Notes under the pieces: generated by a model
What the model was told of the DNA's origin: nothing
What the model saw: only the letters and a program-made list of their open reading frames with translations
Databases searched by the model: none
Made by a program: the position numbers and the translations under genes
DNA from: Moniliella sp. 'wahieum'
Taxonomy: Eukaryota
Length of the DNA stretch: 64,000 nt
NCBI GenBank assembly: GCA_003971905.1
Contig: RSEE01000106.1
Coordinates: 1 to 64,000, forward strand
Reading direction: 5' to 3'
Shown: positions 1 through 13,267 of the stretch, one piece after another
How the letters are laid out: every line of letters begins with the position of its first letter
Numbering within the stretch: position 1 is the first letter of the stretch

Positions 1-8
1 GCAGGTAG

Positions 9-804
9 CTAGCCAGCAAGGTGGCTGGTGGGACGGGAGACGAAGCAGGGGACGAGGGTGGTTGTGCGCCGGTGGCGACAGGGGGGTGGCAAGACGGGCG
101 TGGTAGTCGGTGCAGCCATCAACGGCACGGCTGAAGCAAGCGGCGAAGAAGGGGGAAAGTACGTCCCGGCCGACGTCCCTTCGTACATATGCGGTCCTAC
201 GGGAGCCGAGCCTTCCACGGAGGCGTAATATGGCCACCCGGCACCGCCGTGCCATGCGGGCAACACCGACGGGTCCAAGTAGGGCGTCCATCGGAGGTAA
301 GCAGAGGCGGGCACTTGGTACGCTGCCGCTGCTGCTGCCGACGCAAGACCGGCATTGGCGGTACGCAGGGGGGGCAGCCTGAAGCGCGCCGAAGGAGTGG
401 CATCAGACGGGCCGCGGTAGGCGGCGGGGTCCGAGGTGGTGCTGGCGGCCTGTTGGGCGCGCAGGTGCGGCGGGAAGGGGGAGGTGCGATGGTGGGGGGC
501 AAACGGACGGAGTGAGGCGCGAGGGGGGGGGAAGGGGTTAGGCACAGGACGGCGTGGCAGACTGAGGTGGCACGTGCATCCCTCGCCTGGGGGCGCCGGC
601 GGGGAGGAGGTGGCAGAGGCAACAGTCTGTGCAGAAGACGAGTGCCGACGGCGTACGCGGTGGTCGCGGCAGTACTGGCACAGCTTGGGCGGCCGTCCTC
701 GCGGCCGGATCTCGACGAGCGTGGCTGCGTCCGAGTGGGAGCACTTGGCGCTGCGGTGGCCGTTGATGCATTTTGGCACGCATACTTTTTGCGTTGAGCA
801 TCAT
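9..804 (-). CDS. Copper-fist (Ace1/Mac1/Cuf1-type) DNA-binding transcription factor
   Basis: Correcting two 1-bp deletions near the start gives MMLNGKKYACQKCINGHRSAKCSHSD..LVEIRPRGRPPKLCQYCR, the copper-fist consensus; Pro/Ala-rich tail follows. Confidence 0.85.
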
Positions 805-3800
805 TCTGCCCGCAAACGCCACCGGCAGGGGGGAGGGGGCGGGGGCTGTGGGATGGATGTGTGGCTCGAGCGCAACAGCCGAGGAGAGGGGGGGGGGGGG
901 GGAGAGAGGGCAGTATTCCGCAGAGCGACAGAGATCGACGGTGGGGGCGGGGCAGACGGTGGCGAGGGTGATGAGGGTGAGGGTGCGGATGAGGGTGATG
1001 GCGAAGCTGATGGTGCTGGGGGAATGATAGGTCTGGGGGACAGGGGGGCCGGGAGGGCCACAGCTGTCTGAGTGGCGTAGGGCGGGAGGGGAGGGAAGGA
1101 GCGGAGGAAGGGCGTCTCGGCCGTCGCGCGTGGGCGGTTGTGCGCTCAGACCGGGTGGACATAGTCACCACGCGCGCGTGTTCCGCCCGCGGCTGATGGC
1201 GCAGCGCGCCTGCGATTCGCACGGCCACGCGGCCTGGCCGGCGGAGACGACGCCGGGCCGCTGCCTCCCACGGTTTCCGCTCTTGGGGACAAACAGTCGC
1301 CGACGCGTTTTTGCTGCCCGACAAGTGGGGTCACCCGCCTCCTCACATCGGCGGGCTCGCACCCTCTGGCACCAGTCCAGTGGCGCCTGTTGGAGAGACG
1401 CGTCCGAAGTGCTTCTCCACATATATACCCACCAGCCAGCCCTCTGCACATCAGCCTCGGCTATCGCAATCTCTTCCGCGCACATGTATGGACGATTCCG
1501 CCTGGCTCACATGCAGACGTTCGCGCTCTTCTGCCATTCTCGCATATATAAGCGAGTGGTAAGTGAGTAGAGAGTCACTTTCGAGATCCGTCTTGACGTC
1601 TCCCCACACATGCTTTCCCTCAATTCAAAAAGGAGATCTCCTCCTCTCATAGTAGGCGAACGAGGTATACCTTGCTCTGGGCGGTTATATAGTCTCCCAC
1701 CCCAAGAACCACAAACGACTGTACTAGCTGGTGACATACGGATGGCGGTAGTGGGGCGAGAGAAGAGGAACGAGAGATGGAGAGGGTTTCTTCACAGGAA
1801 GGACGAAGTGTCGCATATTTTTTTCAAAGAGAGATGGCACAGAGGGCGGTGACGACCCGCGAAGAGATATCTGCAAAACCCACAACAATCATCGTTTCTC
1901 CGCTCACGCTCCTCCAAAATCCAAAACACAATACGTTGTTTTCGACTCGGTTTCTCGTGTCGTTTCTCACCTCAGGTTCACTTGCCCTTGACCCTCATCT
2001 CGTCTCTGCCTCGTCCCTCTCGGGCTTGGTCCCCTTTCTTCCCTTTGACTCGTTTCCCCTTTTCCACTGTATAGACCTCTTGGTCTTCCCTTGTTCCCTT
2101 CTCTTCTATAAAACCTGCCTGTTCTTAGAGCCAATGGTGATGGCCCAAGCCGCCGACCATAATGTGACGGGCAGGGAAGGTCTCCGCCTGGAAAGCCAGC
2201 CACCCCGTCACAGTCTGTCGATATAACCATGTCCATGGAAGCTGACGATGATCTAAACGGGGGCGTGACAGGGTACTATTATGGAAATGATGGGGGCAAC
2301 AAACTGAGGGTTGATTATATAGCAAGTCGCGAGCTTCGTCGAACACATTGAAGGGGGGGGGATCTCTCTGCACCAAACAGATCCACAGGTCATGAAGCCA
2401 GGTGCGGCCCGTATACCGCATCCCCGGCCACAGACGTGATCGGGTCCAAGGCTTGATTGATGTATCGACCCGGTCAATTGCTCGCAAGAAAGGGGTAGCG
2501 CTGAGCAGGTTAAACGCAGCGCAGCAGACATCGTGGCGAACGTGTCGGAGCGAAGTGGAACGGCTGCGGCAGCTGCAGCTTTGATAGGTCCCGGGCAAGA
2601 GGGTTGTCTGGAAGGAAAGCTTGGATGGGTTTACTCCCCCTCCGACTCGGAGTGTTATTGTGGTGTGGTCAAGACGCCAGTGACGCTGGCGACGCCAGCA
2701 ACAGGCGCGCTCGTGCTCGTGGGGCATTGATGGGACCGGTGCGCCATTCGGCGCGGATCCAGGCTTCACTACCCTGATCAGGGCCATCATCGCTCATCCC
2801 CAACTTCAGTTCCCTTGCCATGACCGCCCACAGGCTGTTAGACTATATAATCCTGAAGCTGCTCCTATCCCGGCTCTCGAAGAGTAGAGGTTATGCGCGG
2901 CGTCAGATCCCTGTGGCCAAAACGCGAGAGAGGTCTCGTCATTATGGGTTGGAGTTTCCTTTTTCCCGATCTTTTCTCTCGAGGGCAACAACCTATCGCA
3001 TCATTGAGCTGTATCAAGGGGGGGGGGGCTTCTGTGGCCGAGGAGACCACCGAGCAGATGATGCGTCCGGGTTAATTAATGATTTACGAGATCAATAATA
3101 CCTGTGATGGGGGCGATGTCACAGATGTGCAAGTATCGCTCCGACACGCGCTGTTACCCTCCATGTATAGTGTGTGCGCCTTGTAAGACTGGATGAGAAC
3201 CGGGAACCCAAGAAGTTGGGCAATGGAATAATTTAATTGAAGATGAAGATGGTCTCGAGGTCTGATATGCGCTTCTCATGCACGCACCACACCGGGAGGA
3301 GATAGGGTACCAAAAGAGGGAATGGCGATAAGACCACAAGGTACCTAGTAGAGCTATACGTACGGGACCTTAGAGGGCCAACATGTACCGTTAGTCCGTG
3401 GTGATGGGCCAGTGAAGTGCTTTCCCTCCGCCCACACGTCTCTTATCAGTTGTTCGCAAGTGGGATTGGTTTGTTCCAACGGTGCACTCACAGCACAGAC
3501 ATTTGCCTTCTTCCGGCACATTTGACTTGTATACTAAAGTCTCTATCTCTATCTTTTGGATGAGATCACAATGAGACCGAGATCTGAGATATGGATCTGA
3601 GATTGGAGACAAAGTCGGTGTGACTCTCTTTGGCTATATCCCACTTCCCGGTACTTACGCGTTCCGCGTGACGCGTGACATTGCACGAGCTCAAACGCGT
3701 CACGCCTTTATAACCATCCAGGAATGCATTCGCAGCTCCGACTACGCCGCGGCAGTCCATTGACTGTGGCGCGTTTTGCTGCATGGGGCGATATATTGTG

Positions 3801-5072
3801 TGGCCAGGGAGTGGGCCGGTTCACGCGGTCACTGATCACTGGTGCCATCCGGTCATTCTCCAATGCCCTGGGCCAGCAGGGGCCCGTGCTGAGCAGGAGG
3901 CTACCACGAGAGGTAGCGAGGGCGAAGAGTCTGCTGGGGAGGCCGGTAGTGGATGTGGATGTGGACGGTGGGCTGGGGAAGGGTGCGGAAGGGGTGGATG
4001 GGGCGATGAGGCGGAGGGTTGCTGCGTAGTTTGGGCTCGCAGCGCGCAGCAGCGGGTGACCGGTGAGGGCGCAGCGGCACAGCGGCCGAGTGCGGCGGAT
4101 GGGGTGCAGCCGTGAAAGAGACATGGCGATGCATGATGGCGATGCATGACCGTGGAAACGCAGCGACGGCTGTCTGAGACTCCGAGATGTCTCTGAGACT
4201 GGCTTCCAAAAAGCTGAATCAGAATAATCAGGCTGTCGGGTGGCGACGCTGGCCGTCACGCGTCACGCGTCACGGTGAGGTCAACACTGTGACATGCACA
4301 TGTGACCAGGCGGCCAGTGGCAGTCACTTGAAGCATTGAAGCATTGGAGCTTGGAAGCTCGACTCACTTGGCTGGCTCGACGAGCCAGCTTCAAGCTTCA
4401 AGCTTCAAGCTTCAAGTGACTCTGGTGACTCGGAAAGAGGTAGTGGCAAAGTCATGTCGTCACCGTCACCCACCTCAACACCCCTATCGACCATTCATCC
4501 CATCTGCTATCCGCCCCTCCCGCGTCCACGGCCCCTTGGCCCCAACACCGAAGGCCCGGCGACCGTGCTGCCTCCGACATCCCCCTTGGACGCGTCCAGT
4601 GGCCGGTGCGCCCCATTAAAGTACACTGCGCCCACTGCACCAGTGTTGGGGCTGCGGCACGGGGCCAGCCCGCCTCGCGCAGGGGCTGTCTGCCGATTTC
4701 ACACTCCTCCCACCGCCCCGCCCAGTGGCCCGTGCCTCCCCGACGCACTGCCCCTGCGCTGCCCCAGCGCTGCGCCGTACGCCGCCCGTCCCTGCCTGTC
4801 CCGTCCCCGCCCGCCCCCAAAACAGCCCAAACCCCCAAACCCCGAATAAGCCGCACTGCCTCCGAAGCGGCCCACGTCGAAATACGTCCCTCAGCCGGCT
4901 GACTCCCCTCGCCAACCCCCCGACGCTCTTCCGCCTCCACCGCCTCCGCCGTCTCCACCGCCCCCGCCGCTCCCCCGCCCTCCGCACCGCCTGCAAACGC
5001 TCTGGCCTGGGCGCGCCTCCGCCCCCTGCGCCTCCATCTTCGTCTCACCACGCCGCGTCCACCGACCGCCCG

Positions 5073-6421
5073 ATGCTCGACCGCCTCGGCGCTGCCGCCG
5101 CCGCGACGCCGCTTGGCCTCACGGCGTGCTGGCTTGCGGCCGCCATCGGCATCTCCACCTACTGTGCGTCCTCCCCCCCTCTCCCCCTTGCGCGTGCGCC
5201 TCTCGATCTCCATGCTGACGTCGTGCGCCTCCGCCTGCCCCCGGCAGTCTCCACCATGTTTCCCGTGTTGGCCCCCATCCCCCGCACCTTGCAGCCCTGG
5301 CAGCCGGCCACGTGTCCCTGGCCGCGCTCCCTTCCCTGGTAGCAGCCGCCGTCTCGGACGAGCCGCTGGCACTGGCTCGCCTCCTGTTCGCAGCCTTGCT
5401 TTGGGGTTCATCTGTGGCAACATTGCTGTGCACTACTACCTTGTTGTCACGCAGCCCCGGGCGGGTCCTCTCTGGCCTCTGCTCCTCTGCCCCTCCCCCC
5501 GCTTGGGACCGGGAGTGACGCCTGGTGGCTGGCCAATCGCAAGCGGGCTGCCCGGCCTCGCCCCGTTCGCTGCGCGCTTGTCCCGGCCCGGTCGTGGTTC
5601 CCTCCAAGCAGATCTCTGCTCAAGGCGACGCAGACGACTGTGCGCAAGTGGACCCACCTTCGTCTCCGCCTCCTCCCCCCCTGTCACGAGCTAGCACTTC
5701 CAGTGCAGAAGTGCGACGCCCACCAGCCTCACTTTTCCTCCAGCTCCATCCTCCAGTCCCCGCAAACCCCTGACCCCATCCTTCCCCATCTGGCTTCCCG
5801 TCGCCGACGATCTAGTTCGCCAAAGGCGTTTCCCCTGTCGGAAGGCGACGTGCCCGACTCGGACCAAGCGCAGAGGCCCAGCCTCGACTGGATGCTACGT
5901 TTTGCTATGACCAGCCTACCTTGGCCGGCAGGGCAAGTCCCCTTGCGCCGAGCACCACTCCGCTCCCGCCCCCTCGTAGGAACTCGCAGGTTCTGATTGC
6001 CCCCACTGCACGGCCCGGTGCGATCCATCACATGCCCACCATGCCCGATCCTGGATCGATGACCACGTCCTACTCGATGGCCAGTGTGCCGAGTGCTCTC
6101 GATTCTCGGCCCATCAGTCCCGAGGAACCAATGCAACCGTCTATGCTCTTTGGTGGGCATCCGCGTGATCGGTCCTGGATGACATTGATTCGGACGACTT
6201 GTTTCCGCTTGCCAGATGTGCCCCAAGTGTCCCAAGATCCCTCTGTTTAAGGCGCTCGCCGCCTTGCCTCCCGAGCTGCGACTGATGGAACGCACCATCC
6301 GCAACCAGAATACCTTGCCCTCCCGGCGCATGTCCTCCTTCGACCCTTGGGAGTCCCATGAGAGAAACAGGGCACGGGGTAGAGGAAGAGGACGGGTCGG
6401 GCTGGGATTCGGACCAGGATT

Positions 6422-6455
<34 letters not shown>

Positions 6456-7295
6456 CTCAGACTCGGTCGTCGGGGGGGTAAGGATGAAACCGAGGACGAC
6501 ATTCGTGCATGGCTGGGAGAAGAACAAGCTTGGCAATTGGTCCCGCCTCCCAAGCCTGAGCGTACCCACCACTGTTCGGTATGCAACACGTGGTACTCAA
6601 GTACGACCACCACTGTCACTGGCTAAACCGGTGCATGAATGGGACTGGGCAACGAGCGGTCCTATGTTCTGCTTTGTGTTGGATTGCTCTAGCCAACGTG
6701 CTCATCAGCCTTACGGGTCTGCCGATCGTGCGTCTTGCGGTGTGACGCGTCGGTGGGCGAGTGGCCGTTCCGTGTGCCTCGGTTGTGCGTGCTGCTTACC
6801 TGGTTGCTCGCTGTGGGTCTGGCCATCGGAATGACCAGCATGGCCTCTGGCAACTGCGTCTGGTCGTGCGAGGCGAAACATGGGGGTGGAATCGCACGAC
6901 AATCAGTACTACACCCAACTTGCTCGGCTCCGACGGCAACGTTTCCAAAACGTGTACGATCTGGGACCCGCCCAAAACTTGCATCTGTTCTTGACACGGT
7001 CCAGGACGAACCCAGTGCGCTGACGTCACTCCCAACGCGGACTGCTTCTTCCCTCGCCCGCCATCCTCGACGGGCAGCGGTTCTTCCTTGGGACTGCACC
7101 TCCGTTCTCCTAGCTCCGACTCGGTCCCCGATCTTCCCCGGACCGACAGCGGCTGGAAAACTGGCTCGGATCTTTTGGCCCTGTCGCGTCCTCCGTACTC
7201 GGACGGATGGCATTGGGCCAAACGGCGCGGCCTGGGCGGACGCCACGCTGGTATTGAAGCCGGAAGAGCTGTCTGACGTGGATGAAGTCTACTAG
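5073..7295 (+). CDS. Hypothetical multi-pass membrane protein (frameshifted, probably intron-containing; ends approximate)
   Basis: Successive + ORF pieces with hydrophobic segments (LGLTACWLAAAIGISTY; RLLFAALLWGSSVATLL; LCVLLTWLLAVGLAIGM) and an acidic DSDAESD patch; family not recognised. Confidence 0.4.
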
Positions 7296-8016
7296 GCTGC
7301 CCTCCCCCCCCCCCCTCCCCCTCCCCCTCCCCCCTTCCCCCCGCTCCCACGCCCTACACCCGAACATTCACTAGCTCTCTCTTTTCATTTTGTATCATCT
7401 TCACTCGGTCGTTCTCGGCATTCCCTTTTTTCCTGCTTCACGACCCGTCGTCCCTCCTTTCGCATCCATCACCCCCCCCCCAACCTCTTGCCTTTTCTGC
7501 CCCTCCCCCTCCGTTCCCGACCCAATGGCCTACCCGGCGCTCATGCCATCTTTGTGCCACCGTTACCCGGTTCCGCACTGTGGAGCTCACCCCATCACTC
7601 TCTTCTCCCTCCTCCTGCCCTGGCCACGTATATTTTCGTCCTGACCTCCTCACGTTCCCGGCCCCAGTGGCGCCCCTCTCACTACATTATTCGATTCGCG
7701 ACTCGGCTTTCGTCCTGGACCTAGGCTTGATTGCTCTCCCCAACGCTCACCGAAGACGTGCCATTCCTGGTTGCGCCTCTTGTGCCATGCTCGTCCATCC
7801 TGGGATATCATCTCGCCTTGTATCTTTGTAGAGTCTACCGGACTCGCTCCTCTCTGTACCTTTCAATGATTACTTTTAGTACTTCGCATGTTGCGGCCGC
7901 AACGACTGTTTGGAATAGTATGCTTACGAGGTTGACAGTGGCAAGACGAGGTAGTTGGAGGGGCGGGGAAGGGGTATGAACGTGGAGATAGACGAGGGGG
8001 CTGATTTAGATTTAGA

Positions 8017-9248
8017 TTAGGAGCGGTTCGGCTTGGTGCCGGCCCGGCGAGGGTCGGCCACAAAAGGTAAATTTTTGCGTTCTTTGGCAGCGTTGCGCTT
8101 GCGTTTGCGTTCGAGCGCTTTGCGTAGCTGTTTGCTGTTGCCCTCGCCCTGGGCGCCATCGGGACCTGCAGCGCCCGCGGCAGCCAAGCGCTCGTACCGT
8201 TTGCGTAGCAAGAGTTGTTTCTTGTCGCCCTTTTTCAAATAAAACGCCGCCTTGCCCTCGGCGAGACGTTGACGATTTTGTCGCGCTGCTCGGTTCGAGT
8301 TGGTCCATCTCGGATCGACGTTGTCGTTCGGCCGCGAGCGCCTGGGCGCGGTCCAGCTCGCGAGCCACCTGTTCCCGCTCATAGGCAAACGCTTCCTTTT
8401 GCGCCCCGTGCGCCGTACGCCTTTTGAACAGCGCGCTGTGCCGTGCCTTGAGCGACGCCAGTTCCGCCGCAAACACATCCTTCAAGAACCCATACTGGGC
8501 CTGGAACTCATGCTTCTTCGCTTGACCCGATAAGGCAGAGAACGCGGATCCCGCCGGTCCAGCTTCGGCACCTCCACCACCTGCCGCCGTCGCGAAACGG
8601 GCCGATTGAACTTTGCTCTGTCGGCGCATTCTGTCCCGCCTCGCTTGCAAGTCCCGTCAGAGCGCCGTTTCTTTTCGTGGCCAGAACGCGAGGGAGCGGG
8701 CTCGGCCGCCTCAGCGTCCGAGTCAGACATCGAAGAGTCCGACTCGGCCATACGGTTCCCCTTGCTCTTCCCTTCCCCTTCCCTTTCCCTTCCCCGTGCC
8801 CGCACAGAGAGAGTCTGTTGTGCCTTGAGCAGGTCCCCAAAAGGGATAGCGGCCAAACCTGGCGGGGGAACGGTTAATTTCTGGCACGCCAACGAGAGAA
8901 GGGTCAACATACCTTGCTTCACCTCTTCTTCTTCATCTTCCTCGTCCTCCTCGCTCCCTGAGCGAACCTTACCCTTGTCCTTGCCTTGGCGTGCTCTTGC
9001 CCTGGCTACCGCGCGAGACGTGCGCGCGGGCGGGGCATGGTCGGAAGAATCGCTGTCGCTCTCGCCATCGTCGTCTGAATCGAGAAACTGGGCAAACGTG
9101 GGCGCAGGCTCGTGCTCGCTCTCGGACGCAGAGCCGGGGTGGGCGGCGAGGTCGAACTCCACGTCGGAGGCAGCGTCGGAGCAGCGTGGAGGAGGGGTGG
9201 AAGGCGGGCTCGGTCGGAAAAGTCGGACTGGAACTGGGGGCGGCGCAT
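8017..9248 (-). CDS. RRP36: rRNA biogenesis protein RRP36 (DUF947)
   Basis: IPFGDLLKAQ, APTEQSS..PVSRRRQVV, RRDPR, YGFL, FYLKK, KALERKRKRNAAKERKNLP motifs across frames; probable intron ~8858-8913. Confidence 0.88.
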
Positions 9249-9989
9249 GGCGGATGGATGGTGGAGCAGAGGGGAGCAGAGGGCGACGGGGGGGAGTTGT
9301 TTGTTCGGTGGTACTGCCTCAGGTGGGTTGGGGTTGGCCCCACTTTACCCCGTTTCTCCTCCCAACTGGGCGAAAAAAAATATACCGGCCGGGCGGAACC
9401 GTGGGCGGAAGGGCCGGCAGGCCGCAGCAGCAACGAGCAGCCGTCACGTGATATGTGACGTGCTCTGTTTCACGTTTCAATACACTGAGTAATGATGCCC
9501 GCCTAGATCCTCAGCAGGCCCCAGCCCCAGCACGCCAAAGCCCGTGCGCAGGACGATGCAGACCACCGCTCGATCGGGAGGCGGGGGCGGGGTGTGTGCT
9601 GCTCCTGTCCCATCGCAGCCAGGTGCGACTATGGAATAGGGCGAATCAGCGTCCTCTCATCCTCTGCCGTGTGTAACATGTAACTGAAGTGGGGCGGCCG
9701 GGGCGGGCCACCGACGTGGATGCGAGGAAGCTACGGAGGTATGGGTGGGCCGGGGGGAAGAAACGAAGTGAGGACAAAGCGAGGACAAAGCGGACGAGGA
9801 ACGGGCGCATGTGCAGGGGCCATGCAAGCGCCCCTGTGCCATCGTGCGTCCTGCCCTACGCACGATCCAAGGCCAGGGCGACTGGCCTGGCTAGGCGGCC
9901 AGCGACAGCTGGTAGACCAGGTAGGCGCACAGGTGCTGCGACGCATGGCATGGTTGTGCGCGTGGTGAGACGGGCAAACTGGGCACACA

Positions 9990-11097
9990 CAAGTGAGAGG
10001 CATTTCAGTCAGTAAATGGTTCGTCCCTAACGACCTAGCAGTCGCCTCGCACGGTACCAATCTGTAAGGAGTGCGTGGGATGGGGAGGGGGACGAAAGGG
10101 AGATGAAAGCAAGCGAAGCTGGCCAGCAGACTACGTACCCCGGATTGACGATCGAGTTCGAGACGCAACAGGCAGCCAACATTGCCCAACTGCGAGGTAT
10201 GCAGTACGCCAGCGCCCACCAAGTTGGCTGGGTTCTTGTCGATGCCAGGCAGCTGCGCAAAGCCTGCGCGGAGAGAGGATGCGTCGGGCACGCAAGAGTG
10301 CATTGCCGACCGCTTGGTCGTGCTCTCGTGCGGCAGCAGACTCGGTGGCCCGCGCTTGGGGATCGGCGGAGGCGAGGCTGGGTTGGGACAGGCAGAAGAC
10401 GGGGGCGCGGCAAGGGGGAAAATGTGCTGAGCTTCTCGTGGGTTGGCCGAACCAATTTGGTGCCAGCGAGCGAAAAAGTCCGATGCGCCAATGCGCCTGC
10501 TACCGGTTGGAGGAAGCGCGCAAGCGGAAGCGGAAGGGGCAAGACAAGGTGTACGCGTGCACTGGAAGAAGAAGGAGCGGGATGGGAAGGCTTGGCGGGA
10601 GGCTGGACAAACCGCACTTCGAGCACCAAGGGCGCCTGGGAGATCTGGCCACTGGGATAGGGGATCGCACACTCGACGCGAACCACATGGCCCAGTTGCG
10701 TATCTGGCGACAGGGCCAAGGGAATGTCGTCCATATCAGGGATGCTGGAGCGGATCGAGAGCGGTGGGGAGCTAGGCTTGCCGGCTGAGGAGGAAGCCGA
10801 GGCGTCGGCAAGGGTGCGAGTGCGGAGGGTGACGGAGAAGTCCTCCAAGGCAGCCGAGGTGTGTTTGTTGCCATAAAAACAGGGCCACGTCCCCCTGGGC
10901 GCGCTCCCCATTGCGAAACTCGGTTTTGAGCCCGATCTGGAGGATGTCCGACTCATACAAGACGCCCTCGCCTCGGTCGAGCAGCGCGGCAAAGCGCGGG
11001 GGGTCATGGCCAGCAACAGACGGCTCGGGGGCGTGGCGCTTGGGTCGAGAGCACTCTGCGCTGGGGCCGCTGGCGGAGGCACATTGGTCGCAGCCAT
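9990..11097 (-). CDS. AP-2 alpha-adaptin C-terminal appendage (ear) domain protein, no trunk domain (3' end approximate)
   Basis: GVLYESDILQIGLKTEF, FYGNK, LPLPLARFLQP, FFARWHQIG..REAQHIF, GIDKNPANLVGAGVLHTS..GNVGCLLRLE match the Alpha_adaptinC2 and Alpha_adaptin_C domains; intron ~10063-10138. Confidence 0.8.
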
Positions 11098-13267
11098 GGG
11101 GAGAAGCCAGAGGGAGGGGCGAGAGAGTAGATAGTGGTTAGAGGCGAGCGGAGCCACCAAGCAAGCGTCACGCGCGTGACGATCAGCTTGCTGATGAACC
11201 AACGATCAAGACGAACGTTGTGCCTACAATTCTGAACTGACTCGCTGAGCGCTGGCCCACGGCGCGCCTTTGCTCCAAGGGGCTTGCTTGGCGGGGCAAA
11301 TCCGCTGTGTACTGCACCCGCACGGAGGGGGTCGTGCATCGGTCGATCGATGATCGATGATCGATGATCCGAAGCCGCCGCACTCAGCTAGCCCTGCGCC
11401 TGTGTGCTGGCAGTGGCATCGATGGTTATCCAGACGATTGAAATCTGAGATCTTCTAAGATCTGAGATGCTTCGACGCGTGTTGTTCTGCTATCTTCTTC
11501 CCTCCCGTTCTTGCCTTGGAAGATCAGCACAAGGGTCGTGAGCGCAGAGCAAAGGTTTTGCATCTCATTTGATTGACGGAACACGCAAAAGTTGGACGGA
11601 CAACCTCTCATCCTTAGAGTTGGGCGCGTCGTCTCTTCTCCTTTCTGATGTGTGTGCGTAGCCAAAACACGACGTGTGTGTGGGTGTCATATAGTTCGGC
11701 TGATCTCGCTCCATTTCCAAATTTTCGTCCCGTCGTCTCACTCTTCGTGCTTCTCCACGTCGCGTCATGTCCTGTGTTCTTGCTTCTTGAGCAAGCCCTA
11801 CTGAAAGAAACCACGAGTTGCAGTGTATCCACGTGTGAGTCGTAAATTCGCAAGTGTGGTAGAGGTGGAAGGGGAAGGGCGAAAGAGAAATAGAAAGTCG
11901 AGGGGACCAGAGACAGGATGGTCGACCAGGACCACAGCAAGCACGCCTTACTAGACATGGCTGTTTATATACAGAAGGAACCAGACCTCATCAAGTGCCT
12001 CATGAGGTATATAAACAGAAGATGGGAAACTCTACAGTAGTGAGGAGCAAAGGGCAGTTTGTCTGTCAAGACCGGGCGCCGCAGATACCAAGCTTCGTAT
12101 TGTAAGTCCAGTTCGCCCCTGTCTCTCCGCGGACAGCATCCGCGGCATGGATAAGGTTCTTCTGGCTCTCTCTCGCTAGTCTAAACGGGACTGACGCGTG
12201 TTGGATGAGATAACTAGGACATGCAGTTTCAGCGTCGGAGATAACCGGAGCGCCCCGGAAACAGGGCGAATCCTCTTTCCAAAAACCGGACGGTTGTTAG
12301 CACCAAACAAATGAAGAGCGTGCCAAATAGAGGGAAAAACCGATAGTGCAAAACGCGCAACAGAAAGAAGCATCACTATCGCACCTCCGCATCAAAGTAC
12401 AGGGGGGGTTCTGATGTTCGGACCCGAAGACGGGGAAGCGAATTATGAAGGAGTGGAGGATACCAACTGGTGCATCTGGCGGGCCGGAGCCTTCTACTCT
12501 GATCTTGTTGCTTGGCAAGCAAACTGGGATATGCATCCATTTTACCGACAGGTGCTGCTGCGGTGGGTAACAACAAAAGAAATTAGGCACAACAAACGAG
12601 ATTGTTACACTGTGTCCTGTGGTAATGGAACGCAGATCAAGGAGAAGAGGAAGTGAAAAAAACGGGTAACCCACTGATATATTTTCGACGTACATAATGA
12701 GAGAGGCCCGAGAGGATCTGCTGCAGATTGCCATGGCTTTGTCTTGATCAATGTCGATAGCGGCTCTGTGAGTGACGTGAGCAGTAGATACTGGCGCTTT
12801 GGTAGCAGTCCCATTCCTTCTCCATTCTTCGAGACGCCGTTGTTGGTACCAACCGCTACGACGGGCCCTGGGGTGGGTGCGTTGCTGTGGTGCGACGGAT
12901 GGATCATGCCACGCCCACTGCGGTCCACACAGGAGCCAAGCCAGGGGGCGTCACGTGCTCCTGGGGCTGCAGGGCGGGGCACGAGGCGAGTGTGGGGGCG
13001 CTTGGCCGGATGCGCGGTGGACGCGTGGACACTGGGCGTGTGCGGGGGGCCGTTGGGGCTCCCCTTGCGCCAGCGCTGGCTTCGACTCGTTTCGGCTGCG
13101 AAGAATTGGGCTCGCCGGGCGCCCCACCGCGCCTGTGCCCGCCCGGTGCTGGCTGCCTGCTGCGGCCATGCGCGCGCCACGCCGCCGGTTGCGCGGGCGT
13201 CGTGTCGAGCGACATCGGCGCCTCCCTCCCGCCCCCCACCCACCAAACCCCCCACCCCGCCTCCGCC

